DNA from: Bacteroidota bacterium
GTDB lineage: Bacteria > Bacteroidota > Bacteroidia > Bacteroidales > JAGONC01
DNA: 64,000 nucleotides
Reading direction: 5' to 3'
Assembly (NCBI GenBank): GCA_022711405.1
Contig: JAKLFC010000010.1
Span: 70,349-134,348 of the forward strand
Of the stretch, positions 56,411 through 64,000 are shown piece by piece. The translations under genes and the position numbers were made by a program. Every line of letters starts with the position of its first letter. The stretch's first letter is position 1. The notes under the pieces are model-generated. The model did no database searches. It was given only the letters and a program-made list of their open reading frames with translations, and was not told where the DNA came from.

Positions 56411-56415
56411 CTCAC

Positions 56416-56979
56416 TTAACGTTCGCCAAACAACTCGGTCTGCATATTCCCCTGTTCCAGGAGCAGCAATTTCCTTTTCACATTCAGGCCGCCTGCATAT
56501 CCCGTCAATTCCCCGTTTGCTCCAAGGATCCTGTGACAGGGGATGAAGATGGAGAGTGCATTGGCACCATTGGCAGAGGCCACGGCCCTGAGGGCATCAG
56601 GCCTTCCCACCAGCCGGGCCAGTTCCGTGTAACTCAGGGTTTTTCCGTAGGGGATCTGCAGCAACTGATCCCAGACCTGTACCTGAAAGTCCGTTCCGGA
56701 CATCAGCAGAGGAAGACTGAAATCTTTGAGTACACCGCTGAAATACTCATGCAGTTGTACTTTGCTTTGCGCAATAACCGTCGAAGAGCCCTGAAGGTAT
56801 TCCGTCCCCAGCTTTTCCCTGACGCGTTTGTCAATGGTCTTCCTCATTTTCCTGTGCGCCCAGTCACAGAGACACAGACGCTCCCCGTACGAGCCCAGCA
56901 GAAGCATTCCGAAGGGTGATCTGAACTGGTCAAGAATGATTTTTTCCATCTTCTGAGAAACTGGATATTGTCCATTCAT
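56416..56979 (-). CDS. ogt: Methylated-DNA-protein-cysteine methyltransferase
   Basis: 187 aa with the IPCHRILG active site preceded by YGKTLSYTELA. Confidence 0.9.
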   Translation of the reverse strand: MNGQYPVSQKMEKIILDQFRSPFGMLLLGSYGERLCLCDWAHRKMRKTIDKRVREKLGTEYLQGSSTVIAQSKVQLHEYFSGVLKDFSLPLLMSGTDFQVQVWDQLLQIPYGKTLSYTELARLVGRPDALRAVASANGANALSIFIPCHRILGANGELTGYAGGLNVKRKLLLLEQGNMQTELFGER

Positions 56980-56986
56980 TCCGCCA

Positions 56987-57307
56987 CTACATCAATCCCT
57001 GTTGCCTGAGGTCAAAAATCACCTCCGACATAGTGGCCTTTCCTGCTTTACGAAGAATATTCCTGCGATGGGTGTTAACCGTATTCAGGCTGAGGAATCA
57101 CATTTCAGCGACCCTTTCACTGTTGAGGCCTTTTGCGGGCATTCGGATGATATCAAACGCCATCATCAGGCGATCATTCGGATCGATCCCTGTAAATCCC
57201 TCTGGTCCATACGTTTCAATACATTTCAGGAACAAATCGTAATTAGGAGGATGATTCATTGAAGATTCAGTCTGATACTTTTCCGGAGTAAAATTATCAT
57301 TATTCAA
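56987..57307 (-). pseudogene. Decayed LuxR-type HTH regulator interrupted by an in-frame TGA
   Basis: The 69-aa ORF 57098..57307 ends ...AKGLNSERVAEM-TGA. The same frame continues FLSLNTVNTHRRNILRKAGKATMSEVIFDLRQQGLM-TAG. Joined, this is a canonical LuxR C-terminal HTH (..AKGL.S.EIAE.LF.S.NTV.THR.NI..K). The TGA sits where a Leu (TTA) is expected. The N-terminal sensor part is also missing. Confidence 0.55.
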
Positions 57308-57424
57308 CCGAAAAATACGTAGGATTTAGTATTTTTAACCCTGTCAAGGCATTCGAATGACAAATTTCATAGAAGCTTTTGATTTTGAGGGAATTGGAAC
57401 TCACTTACAAAATCTAATTTCAAC

Positions 57425-58792
57425 ATGTCCACAATCTTAACTCCTCTGACATCAAGGGCTGACCGGTATGCATCAGGCAAAAGACTGCGTCAGTCATGTC
57501 CCCGCAATTCACATTCAGCGTGGAAACCGCCGGCTGACCGGCCTGATCCGGTCCAGCTGGTGCTGTCGGCTGGTGAGGGGCGCCTTCAAGAGCTACTTCC
57601 TCTGCGTCACGGGCGAATGGCTCAATCCCCATTCACCTTTTACCGGGGATCCGCTCTCAATATGGCCTCCGACCTGGCGGCCACCCCCAGCACAGGTATT
57701 CGTGTGCAGTGCTGTGGCGATGCGCATCTGATGAACTTTGGCGGTTTTGCCACACCTGAACGAAACGTGATTTTCTCGATCAACGACCTGGATGAAACCC
57801 TGCCTGCGCCCTGGGAATGGGACATCAAACGCCTGGCTGCCAGTTTTATGCTGGCCTGTCGTGATAATGGCCTGAGTGAATCCGTGGCCAGGGAGGTTGT
57901 CCTTGCCTGTATCAGATCATACCGAGAACATATGGCCGGATTCGGCGAAATGAAAACCCTGGAATTATGGTACTATTGTCTGGATAGTGATATGCTGATC
58001 TCCTCCATAAAGGATCCCAGGATGCGCAAGAGGGGGATCCAGCGTTTGGCAAAGGAGCGGGGACGCAGTGTGGCAGAAGATATCTTTCCCAAACTTACGC
58101 AGGCTTCCGGTGAATCGCATATCATAAAAGATCAGCTGCCTGAAATTTTTCACGCAGAAGGCCATCAGCCGGGGGAAATCGATGAGGTGGTCAGTGAGGC
58201 CTTCGACCGTTACAAAGAAAGTCTTTTGCCTGCGTATCAGAGCCTGCTGGACCGGTTCGTGATGAGGGATGCTGCCATTAAGGTGGTGGGAATCGGCAGT
58301 GTGGGTACTATGTGCTGGGTGTTGCTTTTCCTGGCCGGAGAAGGAGACCCTTTCTTTCTCCAGGTCAAGGAAGCACGCTCCTCGGTGCTGGAACCGTATG
58401 CAGGTAAGAGCCTGTTCTCCAATCATGGCCAGCGAGTTGTGAACGGTCAGCGGCTCATGCAGCCCTATAGTGATCCCTTTCTTGGCTGGACACAGGGAAG
58501 ATTCGGGCGACACTTCTTTATCCGGCAGCTGCGTGACATTAAAATTTCGATGCGCGTGGAAACCTTCGGTAAGCCGGAAATGCTGATTTATGCCGACTGG
58601 TGCGGCCATGCGCTGGCACTGTCCCACGCCCGCTCGGGAGATGCTGTTTTACTCAGCGGTTACATGGGTAAAAGCGATGCATTCGACCAGGCACTCGCTG
58701 CCTTTTCGAAAGCTTATGCCGATCAGACCGAACGCGATCATGCCCTTCTTAAACAGGCGATAAAAAATGGGAAAGTAGAAGCTGTCATCTAA
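57425..58792 (+). CDS. DUF2252-family protein
   Basis: 455 aa with GKRLRQSCPRNSH...LLPLRHGRMAQSPFTFYRG... and INDLDET, matching the DUF2252 signature as I recall it. Confidence 0.7.
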   Translation: MSTILTPLTSRADRYASGKRLRQSCPRNSHSAWKPPADRPDPVQLVLSAGEGRLQELLPLRHGRMAQSPFTFYRGSALNMASDLAATPSTGIRVQCCGDAHLMNFGGFATPERNVIFSINDLDETLPAPWEWDIKRLAASFMLACRDNGLSESVAREVVLACIRSYREHMAGFGEMKTLELWYYCLDSDMLISSIKDPRMRKRGIQRLAKERGRSVAEDIFPKLTQASGESHIIKDQLPEIFHAEGHQPGEIDEVVSEAFDRYKESLLPAYQSLLDRFVMRDAAIKVVGIGSVGTMCWVLLFLAGEGDPFFLQVKEARSSVLEPYAGKSLFSNHGQRVVNGQRLMQPYSDPFLGWTQGRFGRHFFIRQLRDIKISMRVETFGKPEMLIYADWCGHALALSHARSGDAVLLSGYMGKSDAFDQALAAFSKAYADQTERDHALLKQAIKNGKVEAVI

Positions 58793-58853
58793 TGATCTAC
58801 CAGGAAGACATGCATTCAATGTCAGGATGGTGTTTTACTCAGGTCACTTCGGC

Positions 58854-59987
58854 TTATTTTTCCGCTTCGGCCGGCTCCACATTCACCACCTCGTACATGT
58901 CCTTTCCATCCACCTTTACAGGCTGGTAATAGGTTTCACCCAGTTTTACGTAGGTCACATCCCCGATCCTGACCTCTTCTCCTCCTTCAGGCAGGTTCTC
59001 TACAACCGTTCCGGCGGTTGGGGGCACGACGGTGTAGCCATCTTCCGTTTTTTCATAATACGTTCCACCATAGTAATAATTATTGGTGGTCTCATTCACC
59101 ACCACGGACTGGGATCCTTCGGGCAGAACCTGAATGGTGGCTCCGGGTGGAGCCTCCACCACTGTATAACCACCATCGCTTTTAATATAATAAATCCCTG
59201 AATCATAGTAGTATTGTTGCTGTTCCACGCTGACAACAATGGCTGTCACCGCCAGTGCAGCAACAAAAAATCCCCAGGGATGATAGACCGGTCCCCAGTA
59301 ATACGGATGATAGGGATGATAATAATATGGGTGGAAACAGTTATAATGGTATCCGCCGTATGCATAGGGAGGCCTGGGATAGGGCGCAACCGGACGCCTC
59401 ACGTAATAATTGTCCCGGTCCACATTGATGTTGACATCCCTGCTGTTGTCAATGTTTATATTGCCCACATTGGTTCTGTCACCTGTGGAGACATTGGTTC
59501 TGTCACCTGTGGAGACATTGTTTCTGTCTCTTGTGGAGACATTGGTTCTGTCACCTGTGGAGACATTGTTTCTGTCTCTTGTGGAGACATTGGTCCTATC
59601 ACTTGTGGAGACATTGGTCCTGTCAGCGGAGGAAATGTTTTTTCTGTCCGCCGTCGAGACAGATGCCTTATTACGCGAGGCAGAAGACTGATTGCCGCCG
59701 TTGATCGATCGGTTTGCGGTACGATCGGAGGTACCCGCAGAGACAGAACGGTTCTGTGTTGGGGTCTGGCGGCTCTGTGTGCTTGACGCGCGGCTGTAGC
59801 TGGATGAGGAGCGGCTGTAGGAAGAAGAGGATGGACGGCTGTAGGAAGAAGGGGAAGGGCGGCTCATGCCACCGCCGCCACCACCATGTGAAAATCTTTG
59901 TGCATCAAGGATCAGGGGCCAGAGAAAAGCAATGGCAAAGAGGAGCAGTACAGTTGTCACCTGGAATAAACGGAACCTGGTTATCAT
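58854..59987 (-). CDS. Membrane/secreted low-complexity repeat protein with Tyr-rich C-terminal domain
   Basis: 377 aa with an N-terminal hydrophobic segment, a Ser/Tyr/Arg-rich region and about 8 copies of an 8-aa unit (VSTGDRTN). These are followed by a Pro/Tyr/His-rich stretch, a TM helix and YY..G.YY repeats. Confidence 0.6.
   Translation of the reverse strand: MITRFRLFQVTTVLLLFAIAFLWPLILDAQRFSHGGGGGGMSRPSPSSYSRPSSSSYSRSSSSYSRASSTQSRQTPTQNRSVSAGTSDRTANRSINGGNQSSASRNKASVSTADRKNISSADRTNVSTSDRTNVSTRDRNNVSTGDRTNVSTRDRNNVSTGDRTNVSTGDRTNVGNINIDNSRDVNINVDRDNYYVRRPVAPYPRPPYAYGGYHYNCFHPYYYHPYHPYYWGPVYHPWGFFVAALAVTAIVVSVEQQQYYYDSGIYYIKSDGGYTVVEAPPGATIQVLPEGSQSVVVNETTNNYYYGGTYYEKTEDGYTVVPPTAGTVVENLPEGGEEVRIGDVTYVKLGETYYQPVKVDGKDMYEVVNVEPAEAEK
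59467..59658. repeat. About 8 x 24-bp tandem repeat (ACATTGGTTCTGTCACCTGTGGAG and variants), in frame within the 58854..59987 gene
   Basis: Read directly. Units begin at 59467, 59491, 59515, 59539, 59563, 59587, 59611 and 59635. Two unit variants alternate. Confidence 0.85.
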
Positions 59988-60011
59988 GGTCTAAATTTGT
60001 TATGAAGGTTT

Positions 60012-60740
60012 TTATTTGAATCTGGGCAATATGGATACCTCCCGGGTTGCAGGCGGGGGAGTGAATTCAAACACTGAGGCCGGGATTGCCGGATTAAGCT
60101 GCCAGTTGCTGAATGCGGCTTCATATTGCCTGTTCCCTTCCTTTTTATACAGAATGACGAATTTTTGAGGCAGGGTAAATGCATCGGCCGAAAACCACAT
60201 CTGAACACTGACGACAGGATTGGAAGACAGTATATGAAAATATTCCTGACCGAATACCTTCTTTTTCCCAAGGAATACAACGGTATCAAAGTTAGCCAGG
60301 ATGTCATCCGTAAAGGTCGGGTAAAAGAAATCCGCAGCCGGGAACTCAATGCCATAATTCTTGTTGATGGTGTCGATCATGTCGATCAGGTTATCCGGTG
60401 CTATGATGGTGGCAAAATTATTCTCGTCGAAGGAGTATGTGATGGCCTGCCACCCGTTATACCAGAATCCCCGGTGACCTTTGTCTCCCTGGGTCTTTAT
60501 ATACATTTTGTCCGGACCGCCCAGGTAAACCTCATCCGTCCAGGTCTGTTTTATCTGGCCGAAATCCGGATCATTGACATCCATGGAGGTGTTCAGCGTG
60601 AAACTGCATGAAGTCAGGTCACCGATAACGGAAGCCATCCGGTCGATGATCATGACCGCGACGGTATCAACCCGCAGTTCCTGCGCGGGGGCTGACAAGT
60701 ACAGGGCAAGCCCGGTGAAAAACAATAGGACTTTTTTCAT
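60012..60740 (-). CDS. DUF2092/LolA-like periplasmic protein
   Basis: 242 aa with a signal peptide. The pattern ...YLGGPDKMYIKTQGDKGHRGFWYNG... and the C-terminal ...F.F.PP... fit the LolA-like DUF2092 fold family. Confidence 0.6.
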   Translation of the reverse strand: MKKVLLFFTGLALYLSAPAQELRVDTVAVMIIDRMASVIGDLTSCSFTLNTSMDVNDPDFGQIKQTWTDEVYLGGPDKMYIKTQGDKGHRGFWYNGWQAITYSFDENNFATIIAPDNLIDMIDTINKNYGIEFPAADFFYPTFTDDILANFDTVVFLGKKKVFGQEYFHILSSNPVVSVQMWFSADAFTLPQKFVILYKKEGNRQYEAAFSNWQLNPAIPASVFEFTPPPATREVSILPRFK

Positions 60741-60946
60741 GATGAAATGATCATTTTGTACAAAAATAATTAAAAAATGACACCATTCTGATTGGTGTTA
60801 TGTTGCATAAAACGGATGAACTGACCACCCGATTTCCGGAGCAAATTGACCGGCCTGTTTTTTCCTCATTTTCCTGGATTTTATCTTCCATCAGACGGGT
60901 ATACAAATATACAATTCCTCCTTGTTTTTCTTATCCATTTCCAATT

Positions 60947-61216
60947 TCAGGATAGTTGTTGTTTGCGCAATGACTCTCCAGCCAATTCAATGCGATGAGC
61001 ATTGTGAACGATACGAAAGAGCAACTCCAATGCGGAATCGCTCATACCCAGGATCTCTTCCAGAGATCTGTCCGTTGCAATAAACTCCCGGATAAACCGC
61101 TTGACCGTGTTGCGGCTCGCCCCGGTTTTCCTGCTGATCATTGACTTGCTAACACCCCCGGTGTATGCCTGCAAAATCTGTATTACTTTACTCCTAATGG
61201 TTAATTTGTCAGGCAT
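60947..61216 (-). mobile_element. Fragment of an IS21-family-like transposase (N-terminal HTH only)
   Basis: The 89-aa ORF reads ...IQILQAYTGGVSKSMISRKTGASRNTVKRFIREF..., resembling the IstA N-terminal HTH. No catalytic domain follows. Confidence 0.45.
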
Positions 61217-61405
61217 AAATGATTAAATGAGTTTGCGTTAAGCATACCAACATGAAGCATTTATGCTTTCTGAAGAGAAGATCGAATCAAAGAAAAGAGG
61301 TGGTCAGTTTATCCGGTTTTTCCAATGTGTATTTTTTATGTATCTTGCAGATAAAATCCTATCATCTCAGGCACAAGCGGGAAAAAGATAGTTAAACATA
61401 AAGTC

Positions 61406-62446
61406 ATGAAGAGAATAAGAATATACCTTTTTTCGATTATCGTTACAATATCTGCAAATGCGTTTTCACAACATATTGAAGTTGCAAAACTTGATTCTGC
61501 CATCACTTTTGCTGACAAATTAATTGAAACCGATCCCAGGGAGTTCTTTAAAAATGTGGAAAGTTTTATCGTCTGGTCCCAGGGTAATATTATATCAGAA
61601 AAGTATTATCATGGGTATAAAGACACCTTGCATCATACTCAGTCGCAAACCAAAAGCATTGTCTCTTTGTTGATGGGAATTGCCATTGATAAAGGATTTA
61701 TAAAAAGCGAAAATGTGCCTGTATTCTCATATTTTCCAGAGTATTTTAATGCAGACGACAAATTAAAATATTCCCTAACCATAAGGGACTTACTTACCAT
61801 GTCGGCTGGTTTCGAATGGGAAGAGATGATTCCTTCCAATGATCCCAGAAACGATAATATGAACATGTATAACAGTGGAAATTATTTGCATTATGCACTT
61901 ACACGACCCATGGCAATTAAACCTGGCGGCCAATTTAAATACAACAGCGGGTGTCCGGTAATTATAGCCGGGATCATTGAAAAAGCAACACATCAGCCTT
62001 TGGATAAATTTGCCGAAATGTATTTATTCGGGCCATTAAATATTAAGGATTATTATTGGTTAAAAGACAGCACCGGATTTTGCCATGCCGGGGGTGGATT
62101 GTACCTGAAGCCTGTGGATATGCTTAAACTCGGTGTTTTAGTTCAAAATAAAGGCAAATGGGAAGACAAACAAGTTATTTCTGAACAATGGATAACCAAG
62201 ATGACACAAGCTTATTTTGTTACATCATTTGACAATTCAGGTTATGGCTTCTTTTGGTGGATAAAAGAAATTCACACTAAGAATGGTAATATCACAAAAA
62301 TGATCAGCGCTGAAGGTGCCGGAGGGCAAAAATTGTACCTTTTCATGGATTATGAACTTATCATTGCCTTTACTGAGCATAATTATAATACTCCCCAGGT
62401 AAGCCCAATATTCATTAAACAATCAATATTGCCGATTTTACAATAA
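61406..62446 (+). CDS. Serine hydrolase / beta-lactamase-family protein
   Basis: 346 aa with a signal peptide and an S-x-x-K motif (SQTKSIVSLLMGIAIDKG). The gene is visibly more AT-rich than the bulk of the window. Confidence 0.8.
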   Translation: MKRIRIYLFSIIVTISANAFSQHIEVAKLDSAITFADKLIETDPREFFKNVESFIVWSQGNIISEKYYHGYKDTLHHTQSQTKSIVSLLMGIAIDKGFIKSENVPVFSYFPEYFNADDKLKYSLTIRDLLTMSAGFEWEEMIPSNDPRNDNMNMYNSGNYLHYALTRPMAIKPGGQFKYNSGCPVIIAGIIEKATHQPLDKFAEMYLFGPLNIKDYYWLKDSTGFCHAGGGLYLKPVDMLKLGVLVQNKGKWEDKQVISEQWITKMTQAYFVTSFDNSGYGFFWWIKEIHTKNGNITKMISAEGAGGQKLYLFMDYELIIAFTEHNYNTPQVSPIFIKQSILPILQ

Positions 62447-62510
62447 GTATATAATTAAACGGAGTAAAGAAGAAATTACAGGGCCACAACGGACGAGGCT
62501 GTAGCGCATA

Positions 62511-62786
62511 ATGGCGGTGGGTAGCGTGCGGTTGACCAGGCCCTTTTTTATTCCATGTTTGCGAAGAAGCCGGGGCACCGCACCAAACAAGGTCGCTTAT
62601 GCGATGGTTGGGATGAGTCAGCCCGACCACAATACCATCAATCGCTTTCGTTCGGATCGCCTCAGGGATGTGCTCAAAGAGATTTTTTCACAAGTGGTCC
62701 TTCTGCTGGTGGAAAACGGATTGATTAACTTAAAGCAAGTCTACCTGGACGGTAACAAGATCGAGGCAGTAAATCCTTTACTATAA
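62511..62786 (+). pseudogene. Internal fragment of an IS1182/IS5-type transposase gene
   Basis: ...MSQPDHNTINRFRSDRLRDVLKEIFSQVVLLLVENGLINLKQVYLDGNKIEA... matches the conserved central region of IS1182-family transposases. It lacks the N-terminus and the DDE C-terminus and is cut after KIEA. Confidence 0.6.
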
Positions 62787-62999
62787 TGAACAGCAAGATT
62801 GCTTTTATTGCCCCATGGGACAAAAGATGGTCAAGGTGGATTTAGAGACGGTTATAAGTCGACTTTATTCCTGAAATTACCAGTTATGGCGGAGCAACCT
62901 AGGGAAGCGGACTGAGGCCTGAGGGCTGTGCCCGAAGGACCGAGGGAGCTTTCCAGTTGCGGAGCCATAACGCGGCCATGCGGCCGGGGAGCAAAAAAG

Positions 63000-63035
63000 G
63001 AGGCTGCCTCGAATTATGAGACAGCCTCTTTTTTT
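63000..63035 (+). terminator. Rho-independent terminator (GAGGCTG...CAGCCTC + T7)
   Basis: A 7-bp stem (63000-63006 / 63022-63028) plus an inner CTC/GAG pairing is followed by seven T residues (63029-63035). Confidence 0.7.
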
Positions 63036-63328
63036 AACTTTCGTTGACAGTTCGTTGACACCAAGTTGACAAAAATAAGACAGGCTAAAAAGAAAGCCAC
63101 TGGATTACAGTGGCTTATAAGAATTAAGGGTACCCGGAGCCGGACTTACTATTATTTAAATCAGGTTAAATGATGTTTCGTTAAGATACTAATAATCAAT
63201 ACTAATTAATTATGCACATTACCCTGTTTAAATTCGGTTAAATAAAATTTAATAACTTTCTGGGTACTCATTCAGGATACTCAGTATTATTTTATAGGTT
63301 TGCTTCTCATCCGTTATTGCACAAAAAG

Positions 63329-64000
63329 ATGATTGCAAATGTACATTTTTACCTGAAGCCGGGAAAACCGAACAAGAAAGGTGAAAAACCCATTGTCATG
63401 CGAATTACCTACAACAATCAGCGTTCGGTTATTCATATTGGCTTCATGATTAAACCAAAATACTGGGCGAAGAATCAATTGGTTTTACCAAATCCGGCGC
63501 ACGAACCGGATAATTTTCACCAGATAATAAACAAGAGAATTAAGACCTATCGGAAAATAGCCGAAGACACTATCAGTAATGCGATTGAAAATGGAATTTC
63601 GCTTTCTGATGCCTACCTGAAGAACCAGATCAAGAATGTGGGTCAAATGGAGTCAGGCAAAAAAACATTTTTCACTGCCATGCAAGAATATATAGATTCA
63701 AGTAAATCGACCAAGGCAGAAAGAACTATAAAGGGCTATACAACCACCAAGACATTCTTGAAGGATTTTGAAGATGCTACCGGATTTAACATTGACTTCA
63801 ATACGATCAATTTAACGTTTTATGATAAGCTGAGAAATTATGCCTTTTTAGAGAGGGAAATACTTGATAATTATTTCGCAAAAATAATTTCTACCCTGAA
63901 ATCATTTATGAATTGGGCAGGGGACAGGGGTTATCATAAAAACCAGTTCTATTCTAAATTCAAAGCAACTGAAAAGGAAAATGAGGTAATATTTCTGACT
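63329..64000 (+). CDS. Tyrosine recombinase/integrase, Bacteroidota type (N-terminal arm-binding + SAM-like domains); 3' end cut by window edge
   Basis: Not in the ORF track because there is no stop in the window. My translation from ATG 63329 is MIANVHFYLKPGKPNKKGEKPIVMRITYNNQRSVIHIGFMIKPKYW...TIKGYTTTKTFLKDFE...FYDKLRNYAF...LKSFMNWAGDRGY... This is the standard N-terminal layout of Bacteroidota mobile-element integrases. Confidence 0.8.
   Translation, partial: MIANVHFYLKPGKPNKKGEKPIVMRITYNNQRSVIHIGFMIKPKYWAKNQLVLPNPAHEPDNFHQIINKRIKTYRKIAEDTISNAIENGISLSDAYLKNQIKNVGQMESGKKTFFTAMQEYIDSSKSTKAERTIKGYTTTKTFLKDFEDATGFNIDFNTINLTFYDKLRNYAFLEREILDNYFAKIISTLKSFMNWAGDRGYHKNQFYSKFKATEKENEVIFLT

Noticed and set aside
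57098-57100. In-frame TGA as evidence for an alternative genetic code (TGA = Trp/Gly) or selenocysteine
   Set aside because: TGA terminates several well-supported genes in this window, for example the decarboxylase at 16300-16302 and the MbnP-like gene at 1171-1173. The position corresponds to a Leu in the LuxR HTH. No SECIS-like context or redox motif is present.
59467-59658. CRISPR-like array (regular 24-bp repeats). I raised the same question for the 60-bp repeats at 51632-51811.
   Set aside because: The repeats are directly abutting with no spacers and are in frame within long ORFs. No cas genes are nearby. They are coding tandem repeats.
62787-63328. tRNA or tmRNA gene as the integration target next to the integrase
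   Set aside because: I found no acceptor-stem/T-arm pattern (no GGTTCGAATCC-like box and no CCA-adjacent pairing) on either strand. The att site, if any, is not a recognisable tRNA within the window.

Overview
This 64-kb chromosomal segment has Bacteroidota hallmarks: T9SS C-terminal sorting domains, a TonB-dependent receptor, an inositol-lipid gene cluster and a Bacteroidota-type tyrosine integrase. Its gene content points to an anaerobic or facultative lifestyle (FNR-type regulator, NifX-like and MinD-ferredoxin proteins, many c-type cytochromes). I support about 60 protein genes and found no rRNA, tRNA or CRISPR. From left to right, 1-10975 is an 18-gene co-directional minus-strand array. 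It holds a TonB receptor with MbnP-like and MbnH-like genes (copper-uptake type), two PLP/aldolase enzymes, and a DUF134/NifX/DUF5320/CGGC/MinD-ferredoxin metallocluster-type module. 11173-12576 carries an HMA-AraC regulator and a ferritin-like lipoprotein. 13611-20463 is a tightly coupled operon of unknown function: PqqD-like protein, ATP-grasp ligase, DAP/Orn-type decarboxylase, urea-transporter::M23-peptidase fusion, and envelope/TPR proteins. This operon is my best candidate for an undescribed system. 20476-27572 is an FNR-linked multihaem cytochrome, beta-barrel and cytochrome b cluster resembling an extracellular or periplasmic electron conduit. The rest is housekeeping and accessory genes: ispG, rlmI, GH2 beta-mannosidase, RND efflux, SOD, inositol lipid synthesis, tandem nicotinamidase-like genes, and a LytTR two-component system. 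From about 60.8 kb the sequence becomes AT-rich and carries IS fragments and an integrase cut by the window edge. Non-coding observations include a ~57-nt structured repeat with compensatory stem changes, with one copy in frame inside ispG and one between the response regulator and kinase genes. There are also two polypurine/polypyrimidine heptamer tracts, tandem operator-like palindromes, and many low-complexity word-repeat hairpins in intergenic regions. All functional calls come from reading the translations for motifs and from gene context. No database search was possible.
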